DNA of 64,000 nt from a virus, in the IMG/VR virus record IMGVR_UViG_3300009431_000003; one strand, 5' to 3'. The position numbers were made by a program, and so were the translations under genes. The notes under the pieces were generated by a model. That model was not told the origin of the DNA. It did no database searches and worked only from the letters and a program-made list of their open reading frames with translations. Numbering within the stretch: the first letter of the stretch is position 1; each line of letters opens with the position of its first letter. Below, one piece after another: positions 64,000 to 64,000 of this stretch.

Positions 64000-64000
64000 A

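Larger units (their letters stand above)
1..64000. mobile_element. Segment of a large tailed dsDNA phage genome (contractile-tail type)
   Basis: Phage-type replisome operon, tape-measure and baseplate genes, phage sigma factor and very short intergenic gaps; no cellular housekeeping gene clusters. Confidence 0.9.

Noticed and set aside
1-64000. Stop-codon reassignment (codes 15/4) as in some large phages
   Set aside because: Very long ORFs are intact under code 11, and TAA, TAG and TGA all end genes with coupled downstream starts

Overview
This 64 kb window reads as a segment of a large tailed dsDNA phage genome (myovirus-like, probably jumbo-sized). It is densely coding, uses genetic code 11 and has many ATGA/TAATG overlaps. 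It has three blocks. (1) 1-13272, + strand: a replication/recombination operon with DnaB-like helicase, DnaG-type primase, a Zn-rich gp32-like SSB candidate, family A DNA polymerase, an HU-like protein, RecA, an Hjc-like nuclease, a Cas4-like exonuclease, a UvsY-like candidate, RusA and several small-helical-domain or low-complexity proteins. It ends in a clear intrinsic terminator. (2) 13271-57073, mostly - strand: a tail/baseplate module with tape measure, tube-initiator-like and hub-like proteins, gp25-like and J-like wedge proteins and three giant (1883-2238 aa) virion proteins. Embedded in it are a sigma-70-family factor, a tubulin/FtsZ-family GTPase coupled to the largest fibre-like gene, an antisense Zn-ribbon gene and a terminal holin-like plus Zn-metallopeptidase pair. 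(3) 57176-64000: a WGR-domain ATP-dependent ligase with a divergent active site, two ribbon-helix-helix proteins, Zn-ribbon proteins and hypothetical genes. I saw no rRNA, tRNA, CRISPR array, integrase, intein or reverse transcriptase. All family assignments come from motifs recognised by eye; no database searches were run.
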